55,302 nt of DNA. Source: Candidatus Wolfebacteria bacterium RIFCSPLOWO2_01_FULL_47_17b. GTDB taxonomy: Bacteria > Patescibacteriota > Minisyncoccia > UBA6257 > JAGOQP01. The translations under genes and the position numbers were made by a program. The stretch is taken from contig MGIS01000010.1 in NCBI GenBank assembly GCA_001793865.1, positions 1 through 55,302 on the forward strand, written 5' to 3'. A model generated the notes under the pieces. It ran no database searches. It was not told the origin of the DNA and saw only the letters and a list, made by a program, of their open reading frames with translations. How positions within the stretch are numbered: position 1 is the first letter of the stretch; every line of letters begins with the position of its first letter. Positions 37,337 to 45,962 of this stretch are shown here, piece after piece.

Positions 37337-37792
37337 CTATTGGACATCGAGCACCGTATACGTCGCGTCCCCGAATGAAAATAATTCTCCAGCCCGCTTC
37401 CCATGCATTTCCCTAAAAATCGGAGACTGCGGCGAAAGCACCATCGTCGTACCCACCTTTTCTCCTTCCGCGAACGGGAGAATCAAAAAATGAGAAATAG
37501 CGCCTTTTGAAGTCTGTACTTTTGCAAATGCTCCGACCTCAACCTGGTCGCACGGAAGCATAGTCGGTATAAACGTGGATACCCGCTTAATAGACTGTTC
37601 AAGAATGGCTATTCGCTTCTGTATTCTATTGGCCTCGTAGCTTAATTCTTGCTTGGTAGTATCGTGCTGAGACTCCCAAAAACTCGCTGCTTGTATTGCC
37701 GTCTTTGAAAGGCGCTCATACTCAGACTTGAGATTTTCAACCTCGTTTTTAATTGTTTCAACGACTTCCTCGGCAATTTTCCGTTTTAACAT
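37337..37792 (-). CDS. GreA/GreB family protein
   Basis: Coiled-coil N-terminus; VLSPQSPIFREMHGKRAGE C-terminal Gre motif. Confidence 0.75.
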   Translation of the reverse strand: MLKRKIAEEVVETIKNEVENLKSEYERLSKTAIQAASFWESQHDTTKQELSYEANRIQKRIAILEQSIKRVSTFIPTMLPCDQVEVGAFAKVQTSKGAISHFLILPFAEGEKVGTTMVLSPQSPIFREMHGKRAGELFSFGDATYTVLDVQ

Positions 37793-37868
37793 ACATAATT
37801 ATAGTACTGCAATTTACATAAGTTGCAAATAATAAAGAAACATATTACAATACCATACGTCGTAATAC

Positions 37869-37940
37869 CGCGGGATGGAGCAGCGGTAGCTCGTCAGGCC
37901 CATAACCTGAAGGTCGTCGGTTCGAATCCGGCTCCCGCAA
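37869..37940 (+). tRNA. Initiator tRNA-fMet (CAT)
   Basis: CGCGGGATGGAGCAGCGGTAGCTCG..., C1:A72 mismatch, CAT anticodon. Confidence 0.93.
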
Positions 37941-38010
37941 CACTTCGGCAAGCTCAGTGCGAGCATTGCGAGCAGAGATTGATGAAGTGCCCTGAGTTTA
38001 CCGAAGGGCA
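37941..38010. repeat. REP pair of the CTTCGRCAAGCTCAG / CCTGAGYTTRYCGAAGG type (related copies in-frame at about 8985, 11610 and 11875)
   Basis: Seen directly; translates as PSTSSGQ/GSTSSPQ inside the surface-protein linkers. Confidence 0.55.
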
Positions 38011-38089
38011 TTTTTTATATCTTGTACTAGGGGAGAGAATTAAACTCTCGATCTTAGCGTTACTTGCCCCGCACTAAACATTTTAGATG

Positions 38090-38163
38090 TAGCGGCGGGT
38101 GGAATTGAACCACCGACCTCAGCGTTATGAATGCTGTGCTCTAACCAACTGAGCTACGCCGCC
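38090..38163 (-). tRNA. tRNA with CAT anticodon (elongator Met most likely; Ile2 not excluded)
   Basis: GGCGGCGTAGCTCAGTTGGTTAGAGCACAGCATTCATAACGCTG...GGTTCAATTCC. Confidence 0.9.
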
Positions 38164-38197
38164 GAACTTTATACTTTATACTTTATACTTTTTCCTT

Positions 38198-38680
38198 TTA
38201 CAAGTATCCCATCCCCTGGAACACCGTTCGGTATTCCCGCAGAAGATCTTTCACGTGTGCTTGGTCAAGCTGTTCATCCGCGTTAATGGCCGAAAATACA
38301 CCGCTGCGCAATTCTCGCAGCTGATCGATTGTCGGTATCTGCGATGCGTCCACGCCCGCGAGCCGTTCCACCGCTGTCGCGCCGCCGTAGTTTGCTATCT
38401 TCAGCATGTCATCAAACATCTCGTCCGCGTACAAAACCGCCTGCTTCCAGTCTTCCGGCTCGCTTGATTGCACCAGCTTGAGCACGCGTTTCCATCGGGC
38501 AGGTATCCGCTTTTTCTCCTCCCCGCCATACTTATAGATATCCAGTTTATATTTTCGAAATCCTCCCAACGCGTCCGTTACGATAAGGTACCGTATCACC
38601 ACGAATAAAAACACAACAGAGATTATTGCCGAAATAACCTTATAGGTGCTGAAAATTTCTGCTAGCTGATCAAAAATCAT
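38198..38680 (-). CDS. Hypothetical membrane-anchored protein
   Basis: N-terminal TM; stop/start overlap with gatA. Confidence 0.7.
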   Translation of the reverse strand: MIFDQLAEIFSTYKVISAIISVVFLFVVIRYLIVTDALGGFRKYKLDIYKYGGEEKKRIPARWKRVLKLVQSSEPEDWKQAVLYADEMFDDMLKIANYGGATAVERLAGVDASQIPTIDQLRELRSGVFSAINADEQLDQAHVKDLLREYRTVFQGMGYL

Positions 38681-40110
38681 ACTTGTTCATAGTGTTTCCC
38701 CAACATAAATAAATCTCCCTCATGGAAGTGTTTGCCGACAAGCTGGAAATTCACCGGCATACGATCTTTCGAATACTCCGAACGTTTGCGAACCGGAATA
38801 GACAAAGCCGGTACGCCCGCAAGGTTTGCCGGAATTGTGAATATATCCGACAGATACATTGCGAGCGGATCGGACGCCTTTTCGCCTATGCCAAACGCCG
38901 TGAACGGCACGACGGGAGTAAACAACACATCGACTCCTCCACCTGACGGACTAAAAACACTATCAAAATCCTCCTGAATTTTTCTACGAACCTTCTGCGC
39001 TTTCGCGTAGTACGCGTCATAGTACCCCGCCGAAAGAACAAATGTGCCCAAAAGAATTCTGCGGGTCGCTTCTTCTCCGAATCCCTCCCCTCGATTACGC
39101 ATATATGTCTGTACTAATCCCTGATCACTAAGCCCTAATCCCTGCCTGCCGTACCGTAACCCATCATATCTTCCCAAATTCGAGCTCGCTTCAGCCGGCA
39201 TAATAATGTAGTAGCACGAAAGCGCGTACTTCGTGTGCGGCAATGAAACCTCCTTTATTTCATATCCCTGCTTCTTAAAAACGTCCAGCGCGTCAAGAAT
39301 CTCTTTTTCCACATACGGATCCATGCCTTCAACAAAGTATTCTTTCGGAACCCCTATTTTTAATTTAGAGGTTGGAGGTTGGAGGTTGGAGGTTGCAAAC
39401 TCGGCAGAGGTAGGATCAAACCGATCCCCTCCCTTAATCGCGTCAAAAATATATTCCACATCTTCCACAGTCTTAGCGAACGGACCGATCTGATCCAAAC
39501 TCGAACCCAATGCCGCAACTCCGTGCCGTGAAACTGCGCCATAGGTGGGCTTCATACCAACCACGCCACAGAAAGATGCCGGCTCGCGTATCGATCCTCC
39601 CGTATCAGAACCCAAAGATCCGAGCGCCATATCGGCCGCGACCGCCGCCGCCGATCCGCCGGAACTTCCTCCGGCGACTTTCGTATCGTCGTAGGGATTT
39701 TTCGTTACGCCGAACGCCGAGTTTTCAGTGGAAGACCCCATCGCAAATTCATCAAGATTCACTTTCCCCAAAAAAATCGCGTCCTGCGCTCGCAATTTCT
39801 CCACCACCGTTGCGTCATACGCGGATTCGTATGTTTCAAGTATCTTTGACCCTGCGGTCATGCGCGTTCCTCGTATCAAAATATTGTCCTTTATTGCCAT
39901 GGGAACGCCAAACAGCGGCGTCTTCGGCGTTTCATCGTCAAGTTCCCGTGCCTTTTTTTTCGCCTCATCCGCAAACACATCCAAAAATACGTTAAGCCGC
40001 CCGTTTTCTTTTTCGATCTGCTTGATGGATTCGCTAACAATATCCGTCACCGAGAATTCCTTCTTGAGAAGACCTTCGTGAAATTTTTTTATAGTTAAAT
40101 CATGCATCAT
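38677..40110 (-). CDS. gatA: Asp/Glu-tRNA amidotransferase subunit A
   Basis: AIKDN, DEFAMGSSTE, GGSSGGS, GSDTGGSIR. Confidence 0.97.
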   Translation of the reverse strand: MMHDLTIKKFHEGLLKKEFSVTDIVSESIKQIEKENGRLNVFLDVFADEAKKKARELDDETPKTPLFGVPMAIKDNILIRGTRMTAGSKILETYESAYDATVVEKLRAQDAIFLGKVNLDEFAMGSSTENSAFGVTKNPYDDTKVAGGSSGGSAAAVAADMALGSLGSDTGGSIREPASFCGVVGMKPTYGAVSRHGVAALGSSLDQIGPFAKTVEDVEYIFDAIKGGDRFDPTSAEFATSNLQPPTSKLKIGVPKEYFVEGMDPYVEKEILDALDVFKKQGYEIKEVSLPHTKYALSCYYIIMPAEASSNLGRYDGLRYGRQGLGLSDQGLVQTYMRNRGEGFGEEATRRILLGTFVLSAGYYDAYYAKAQKVRRKIQEDFDSVFSPSGGGVDVLFTPVVPFTAFGIGEKASDPLAMYLSDIFTIPANLAGVPALSIPVRKRSEYSKDRMPVNFQLVGKHFHEGDLFMLGKHYEQV

Positions 40111-40193
40111 AATCCTAATCTACAAATGTATTCGAATGCTCCAAATATTCGCGGCATTCGCATTCTGCATTCGTATCATTCGCATTATATACT

Positions 40194-40469
40194 CTAAAAT
40201 ACCGAAGGCACTTTCAAATGCCCCGGCTCGCAATAGCCTGTATCGCCGCAACCCGGCTCCGGCATATCTTCCCGTGAAATATTCGACAAAAAGCCACCCC
40301 CTGCAAGCGGCTCAACATCAGTTGTATCAACCTCCTGCAGCTCCTCGAAGTGCTTTAAAATAGCGGTCATATCCGAAAGAAGTTTTGTGCGCTTTGCTTT
40401 ATCGGTTTCTGGCTCTATCCGCGCGAGCGCGTACAAATGCTCAAGCGTCTTGTTATTAATATCCGCCAT
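40194..40469 (-). CDS. gatC: Asp/Glu-tRNA amidotransferase subunit C
   Basis: LEHLYALARI...ILKHFEELQEVDT.DVEP...RED...KVP.V; upstream of gatA. Confidence 0.92.
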   Translation of the reverse strand: MADINNKTLEHLYALARIEPETDKAKRTKLLSDMTAILKHFEELQEVDTTDVEPLAGGGFLSNISREDMPEPGCGDTGYCEPGHLKVPSVF

Positions 40470-40525
40470 GCGGATATTCTATAACACAATTCCACGAATG
40501 TACACGATCCTCTCTCTCATTCATA

Positions 40526-40561
40526 TATCCATACTTCACGCTATAGCGTGAAGTATGGATA
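40526..40561. repeat. 36-bp perfect palindrome (left flank of the PaaX/Cas2-like gene)
   Basis: TATCCATACTTCACGCTA|TAGCGTGAAGTATGGATA. Confidence 0.92.
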
Positions 40562-40599
40562 AGACAACGTCCTTAACAAACCCGGTCAATAATTCCCAA

Positions 40600-41322
40600 C
40601 TAATCCAGATGGTAAAATTTCCGTATTTCTCGTGCTCTATCACAGCCGCCCAATTCCCTCAGGTTTTTCGTTTCACTAATACAAACATAGCCAAGAATGC
40701 CGAAAATTGAGGCAAAAAATAAAATATCTTTTGTGCACTCATACGGAAAAACGAGAACACTTTTCTGCAACCAATAATATCCCGCTCGCATGAGCTGCGC
40801 TCGAAATGCGTCCCGAAAAGATTTTAATTCATCGGGAACGTCAAAAAATATTATACGATATAAACCATCCCACACAGCGGGTTGTCCTGTTCTGTAATTA
40901 ATAAAGGATTCCCAAAATATATATCGATCACCAAGTTTCGTGCTTTCTACTTTCCTGATATCGCTTCGCTCATCGTATGTAACTATTACAAATTTCCTAT
41001 ATGTGAGGCGCGCGCATTCCCTATCAAGCTGCTTTTTATCAAAATAGAACCATTCTCTTCTCCCAGGCGCCATAACAGCGGCGACCCCCGGAGCAACCAT
41101 AACAATCGTAAGTATACCGCCGATAAGAGCCAACTTTAAAAGTAACTTTCCGATCACAATGCCCTTGTCAGCAGTTTTATCGATAATCTCTTTTCTTTTC
41201 TTTGCGCGAGCAATTTTCCTCCATTCTTCCTTGATTTTTTCAAGTAAAAACTCCTCGTTTTCTTTTTTAGCGAGGTTTTCACGAACTTTTTTGCCTAATA
41301 TTCGTTTAGATGCAACAGCCAT
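40600..41322 (-). CDS. PaaX-like protein with a Cas2/VapD-like ferredoxin-fold C-terminal domain
   Basis: WDGLYRIIFFDVPDE...RDAFRAQLMRAGYYWLQKSV motif. Confidence 0.8.
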   Translation of the reverse strand: MAVASKRILGKKVRENLAKKENEEFLLEKIKEEWRKIARAKKRKEIIDKTADKGIVIGKLLLKLALIGGILTIVMVAPGVAAVMAPGRREWFYFDKKQLDRECARLTYRKFVIVTYDERSDIRKVESTKLGDRYIFWESFINYRTGQPAVWDGLYRIIFFDVPDELKSFRDAFRAQLMRAGYYWLQKSVLVFPYECTKDILFFASIFGILGYVCISETKNLRELGGCDRAREIRKFYHLD

Positions 41323-41398
41323 AACAACCGAGAATTAACTAATTTCCAGTGCACAACAAGTATATCACACAATAATATCGAGCAACCACCTTTTGTCA

Positions 41399-41434
41399 TA
41401 TCCAGATTTCACGCTATAGCGTGAAATCTGGATA
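41399..41434. repeat. 36-bp perfect palindrome (right flank of the PaaX/Cas2-like gene)
   Basis: TATCCAGATTTCACGCTA|TAGCGTGAAATCTGGATA. Confidence 0.92.
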
Positions 41435-41448
41435 CAGGAACATATCTT

Positions 41449-43512
41449 CTAGAATGTTTTCTTCAATCGAGATAAAAAATCTTTTTCAAACCATATCTCA
41501 ACACCCTGCTCCCGGGCTTTTTGAAGCTTGGAGCCAGGATTATCGCCCACGATCACAATCTGCGTCTCCTTAGTGAACGACAAATCAAAATGTCCGCCCT
41601 CCTTTTCTATGATCTCCTTGGCCCGCTGGCGAGACATACTCGAAAGTGTTCCTGTCAGCACGATGCGCTTTCCTGCAAACACGCCCGCGGATCCCTTTGT
41701 TTTGGACATTGTTATTTTCAAACCCGCTTCTTCCAGCATGTGTATGAACTCCTTATTTTCTTCAGCACGGAACCAATCATATATACTTTGCGCCACCTTC
41801 GGACCGACGTCTTGAATTTCCTGCAGGTCATCTAACGTCAAAGCGCGAGCGGCTATTATGACCTCCGAAACAGAATCGAGATTACCTCGCTTCGCTCGCA
41901 ATGACGGAAGCAGCACACGCGCGGTTTCTTCGCCCACATGCGGAATGCCGAGCGCGTATATGAACTTCACCGCGTCAACCATGCGAGCCTGTTTAATTTG
42001 TTTCATCAGGTTCTGCGCCGATTTTTCACCGAAGCGCTCAAGCGCGGCGATGTCGCCTTCTTCTAAAAAGAATATATCTCCCGCGTGCGATATGAGTCCC
42101 TCATCTATGAACCTGTCAACCACTTTCTTGCCAAGTCCCTGAATGTTCAACGCTCCGCGAGATACGAAATGAATGATTTGATTGCGATTCCGTGCCCCGC
42201 ATCGAGGATTGGAACACCGCAAAAATACTCCGTCACGCTTCACCGGCGAATGATCTACCGGGCACTTCTCGGGCACTTTGATATTTTTTTCCTTGCCGGT
42301 GCGCAGATCCGTGATTACGGATAGTACTTTCGGAATCACATCTCCCGAACGCGCCACCACGACCGTATCGCCTATCTTTACCCCAAGCCGCTTGATTTCA
42401 TCAAAGTTATGCAGAGTCGCGTGCGATATCGTCACGCCCGACACTTCTACCGGTTTAAGCAATGCAACAGGCGTAATCACGCCTGTCCGGCCGACTTGGA
42501 ACTGCACGTCCTGCACGACCGTTGTCGCCTCTTTGGGAGAAAATTTATACGCGATCGCGCCCCGAGGAGATTTGCCTATGGCACCCAGTTGTTCAAATAT
42601 TTCATTATCCTGCACGAGCACTACCACACCGTCTATTTCATAGTGCAATTTTTCCCTTTTTTTTACCCACTCGTCACGAAACGCGAATACACCATCCAAA
42701 TCCTTCACCGCCTTCGTGTACGGATTCACCGAACACCCCCATGACGCTAGCACCTTGTGTTTTTCTTCGTGCCTCTTGATGTCTTTGGGAATCCCCGCGA
42801 CCAGATCATACTGAAACGACTTCAGGTTGCGCGAAGCGGCTATCGCGGGATCCAATTGACGGATTGACCCAGCAGCCATATTCCGTGTATTCGCATAGAG
42901 GACTTTACCCTCTCTTTCGCGTTCTCTATTAATACGCACAAGCTCTTTGAGAGATATGAATATTTCACCCCGCATCACGCAGTGATCGGGCACGGGCCAT
43001 TTTCCAAGTTTTTCAAGTCGTTGCGGCACGTCGGGAATCGTTTTCACATTCTGCGTTACATCCTCGCCGATGACACCATCCCCACGCGTCGCCGCCGTCA
43101 CCAATTTTCCCTTCTCATACACCAATTCAATAGCAAGCCCGTCTATTTTCAACTCACAAAAATATACAGACGCATTCCGAGGTTGAACCTCGGAATTCCC
43201 TAAGTATTTCCATATACGCTCCTCCCACTCCCGCATTTCCTCCTCAGAAAATGCATCGTTAAAAGACAACATCGGCACCTCATGCGGCACTTTTACAAAC
43301 TTATCCAACGGACGTCCTCCCACTTTCTGCGTGGGAGAATTTTTGCTCGCAAACGCAGGGTGTTTCAATTCCAATTCTTCAAGCTCGTTTTTGAGCGTAT
43401 CGAACGCCGCGTCGGAAAGCTCCGGCGCGTCAAACGTATGGTAGAGCGTGCGATGATACTCTACGAGTTTGCGCAGCATCTGTATGCGCTGTTTTACATC
43501 CTCACTTTTCAT
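41449..43512 (-). CDS. ligA: NAD-dependent DNA ligase
   Basis: ELKIDG, TRGDG, VGRTG, Zn finger, HhH and BRCT domains. Confidence 0.98.
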   Translation of the reverse strand: MKSEDVKQRIQMLRKLVEYHRTLYHTFDAPELSDAAFDTLKNELEELELKHPAFASKNSPTQKVGGRPLDKFVKVPHEVPMLSFNDAFSEEEMREWEERIWKYLGNSEVQPRNASVYFCELKIDGLAIELVYEKGKLVTAATRGDGVIGEDVTQNVKTIPDVPQRLEKLGKWPVPDHCVMRGEIFISLKELVRINREREREGKVLYANTRNMAAGSIRQLDPAIAASRNLKSFQYDLVAGIPKDIKRHEEKHKVLASWGCSVNPYTKAVKDLDGVFAFRDEWVKKREKLHYEIDGVVVLVQDNEIFEQLGAIGKSPRGAIAYKFSPKEATTVVQDVQFQVGRTGVITPVALLKPVEVSGVTISHATLHNFDEIKRLGVKIGDTVVVARSGDVIPKVLSVITDLRTGKEKNIKVPEKCPVDHSPVKRDGVFLRCSNPRCGARNRNQIIHFVSRGALNIQGLGKKVVDRFIDEGLISHAGDIFFLEEGDIAALERFGEKSAQNLMKQIKQARMVDAVKFIYALGIPHVGEETARVLLPSLRAKRGNLDSVSEVIIAARALTLDDLQEIQDVGPKVAQSIYDWFRAEENKEFIHMLEEAGLKITMSKTKGSAGVFAGKRIVLTGTLSSMSRQRAKEIIEKEGGHFDLSFTKETQIVIVGDNPGSKLQKAREQGVEIWFEKDFLSRLKKTF

Positions 43513-43545
43513 ATGCGTGTATCGAGGGCGGGTCTCGATAATTCT

Positions 43546-43950
43546 TCACTCCGCGCCGAATATGCGTAGATCAATTCTTAACTGCCTAGAAACCTTACTT
43601 CGGCTGTCTTCATAACTGCCTGTGGAGCTTAAAATAAATCCTCCAACCGACTCACTATATTCACGATTTGACTCAAATTCCGCGCCGCCGGGAATGTTCG
43701 ATCTATTAATCGGTTCAGAGCTTTGTGATTCATACCCGGGATTGGGGCCGTTATATCCGCCCCTAAAGATGTCGTACAACTGCGCTTCGATTCCGGCATC
43801 CGCAGCATATATGGCCCGAGTAGATTTGGTTATATCCACCGAAGTACGCAACCGCTGGGTAAACAAGAAGCCTGAAATAACGGAAATGCCAAGCATGATC
43901 GCTCCCATAAACACCACTACTATAAGCAATGCTTGGCCTTTATTATTCAT
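43546..43950 (-). CDS. Minor pilin, PilX-like
   Basis: KG|QALLIVVVF; AIYAADAGIE. Confidence 0.8.
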   Translation of the reverse strand: MNNKGQALLIVVVFMGAIMLGISVISGFLFTQRLRTSVDITKSTRAIYAADAGIEAQLYDIFRGGYNGPNPGYESQSSEPINRSNIPGGAEFESNREYSESVGGFILSSTGSYEDSRSKVSRQLRIDLRIFGAE

Positions 43951-44461
43951 AAAATCTTGGACTTACTGATGTTTGTATAACCGAGGGATACTCGATTCCT
44001 CGCCTGTCCGTAACTACCGTTTCAACCGTCATAACCAGCCGCTTGTATTCAGTTCCTTGCGTCCCCGGTGCGAGTCCAACACGGAATCCCCGAATTTCAA
44101 TATTTTGATTTTCGGACGTAATCACTGTTCCATCTCGTTGTATAGATTTACTGCCATTGTCAAATGTGTATGTGATTGGCACACCATACTGATTCGTAAA
44201 CGACAACGTACCACCAGAGGCAGTAAGTGTCTCAACGTCGCTTGTGCGGACCTCGCGGGAGATTTGTTCAAACACAAGCCCCACCGTATCATGCGCTTCC
44301 ATAAGAAGCGCGGAAAGCTGCTGCAATTCAAGCGACTGCTTGAAGCTGGACACGGTAATCGCGATAAGTATTCCAAACACAGAAAACGCTATCATCATCT
44401 CCACAAGCGTAGTCCCCCTCCTTTCTCGTATTTTTCTAAAAATATTTCTTAAATAATCCAT
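43943..44461 (-). CDS. Minor pilin (PilW/PulJ-like)
   Basis: RG|TTLVEMMIA; EQISREVR. Confidence 0.85.
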   Translation of the reverse strand: MDYLRNIFRKIRERRGTTLVEMMIAFSVFGILIAITVSSFKQSLELQQLSALLMEAHDTVGLVFEQISREVRTSDVETLTASGGTLSFTNQYGVPITYTFDNGSKSIQRDGTVITSENQNIEIRGFRVGLAPGTQGTEYKRLVMTVETVVTDRRGIEYPSVIQTSVSPRFYE

Positions 44462-44471
44462 ATGCCATATA

Positions 44472-44963
44472 CTACTCTCCCCACCACTCGGTGAATCGAT
44501 CCCCCAATACTATTTCAAAATCACCACCTTTGCCTGTCCACATTACACGGCTTTCAACCTCAATGGATACAGGACTGCCTGGTGAATTCCGAATAATAAT
44601 GTCCCGCTTGAAAGCCGTCGGCGTCCCGCCTCCTCCATACTGGTATTTCATCGAACCCGCGTTATAGTTCAAAAATATGTCCCCCGCGCTCCCGGATCCG
44701 GAAGTGGATCGCCAATCAAAATGATATGTATCATTTGCTAAATTTGCATTAAACGCCGCTCCCTTAAAATAATTCTCGTCTATCATATTCTTTACGATTT
44801 CTATTCCCTCCGCGGCAAGGTAGGTCCCAATGTATTGGTTTGATATGGTACGAGTGAGTCCTACGGACGTGCCCAGCAAACTCAAAGCTCCGCTGAATGC
44901 GATAACGACCACACTTAGCGCTACAATGACTTCTATAAGAACTTGTCCTCTATTTCTTCGCAT
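44472..44963 (-). CDS. Minor pilin (PilV-like)
   Basis: RG|QVLIEVIVA; YLAAEGIEIVK. Confidence 0.85.
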   Translation of the reverse strand: MRRNRGQVLIEVIVALSVVVIAFSGALSLLGTSVGLTRTISNQYIGTYLAAEGIEIVKNMIDENYFKGAAFNANLANDTYHFDWRSTSGSGSAGDIFLNYNAGSMKYQYGGGGTPTAFKRDIIIRNSPGSPVSIEVESRVMWTGKGGDFEIVLGDRFTEWWGE

Positions 44964-44967
44964 ATTG

Positions 44968-45561
44968 TTAGCAACTTGGTGCCGTTGTAACCTGACCAAA
45001 CCTGTTTATCCGTATCGCGCCCGATGCGGTACCCGATGAAATATTTATACACGCACTGCTTCCTGAACTAAACTTTACAAGCGGAGACGGAGCTATGAAA
45101 TACACCTGTATCGAACCCGACATACTCGTTTCTTCTAACGTATAATTTAAATCCGAATACGAATTCGTTTGGACAGCATTAGACTCATGATAGAGCTCGC
45201 AGTTACCTCTAAATTGTTCATCGAATGAAGACGAGGAAGGTTTCCGAATTTCAAGACCCGTGATCGTACTGCCACTTAACCGAACACCATACCCGCACAC
45301 CTCACGGCTTCCTTCTTGTGTCGCAACCGCAAGAGCTCTGGCCTTATAGATTTGCGCGATGATTACCTGCTGGTCACGATAGAATGCCAGTTGGTCCTTT
45401 ATGGTGTTACCGCTCGTCAGTCCAATCCCTAAAAAGATGGTAAGCACAACCACCACCACCATAACTTCCACCAAAGTGAAACCCGAGGATCGTCTAACGG
45501 AGTCGGTATCGCTACCCGTATCGTCTTTTCTTCTGTCATTCTGACACAGGTCAGAATCCAT
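44968..45561 (-). CDS. Minor pilin (FimT/GspH-like); start uncertain because of REP insertions
   Basis: SG|FTLVEVMVVV; C-terminal IRINRFGQV. Confidence 0.75.
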   Translation of the reverse strand: MDSDLCQNDRRKDDTGSDTDSVRRSSGFTLVEVMVVVVVLTIFLGIGLTSGNTIKDQLAFYRDQQVIIAQIYKARALAVATQEGSREVCGYGVRLSGSTITGLEIRKPSSSSFDEQFRGNCELYHESNAVQTNSYSDLNYTLEETSMSGSIQVYFIAPSPLVKFSSGSSACINISSGTASGAIRINRFGQVTTAPSC

Positions 45562-45950
45562 CTCTTTCGTCATTCCGAACTCGATTCGGAATCTATTTTT
45601 ATAAATATTTGTATAAGTCATCCCATTCAGGATTATCTCTTTCAATTAAATTTATTTTCCATTCGCGCCTCCAATTTTTTAACTGCTTCTCGCGTTGAAT
45701 TGCCGCGTATGCATCACTCGTCTGTTCATAATATACAAGCGCATGCACCTTATATTTTTTCGTAAATCCTTCAATCAAACCTTGTTTATGCTGATGTATC
45801 CTTTTCTTTAAGTCAGACGTTACACCGATATACAGTGTACCGTTCCGCTTGCTTGCAAGGATATATACATAAAAAATTTTCACAGCCATGTTTTTGGGTT
45901 CCGGACCAAGTCCGGAACGACAGCTGGATCCTGACTTTCGTCAGGACGAC
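45535..45950. repeat. Four GTCRTTCY-N-RGAATC (dRS3-like) palindromes, two on each side of the GIY-YIG gene in inverted orientation
   Basis: 45535-45559 and 45569-45594 forward; 45896-45921 and 45926-45950 reverse. Confidence 0.75.
45599..45889 (-). CDS. Small GIY-YIG nuclease
   Basis: YVYILAS..NGTLYIGVT.DL..RI.QH, AIQREKQLKNWRREWK. Confidence 0.93.
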   Translation of the reverse strand: MAVKIFYVYILASKRNGTLYIGVTSDLKKRIHQHKQGLIEGFTKKYKVHALVYYEQTSDAYAAIQREKQLKNWRREWKINLIERDNPEWDDLYKYL

Positions 45951-45962
45951 ACACTGTGTCGC

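Noticed and set aside
40600-41322. CRISPR-Cas locus suggested by the Cas2-like motif
   Set aside because: No repeat-spacer array, cas1 or effector genes in the window; the two palindromes flank a gene rather than a spacer.
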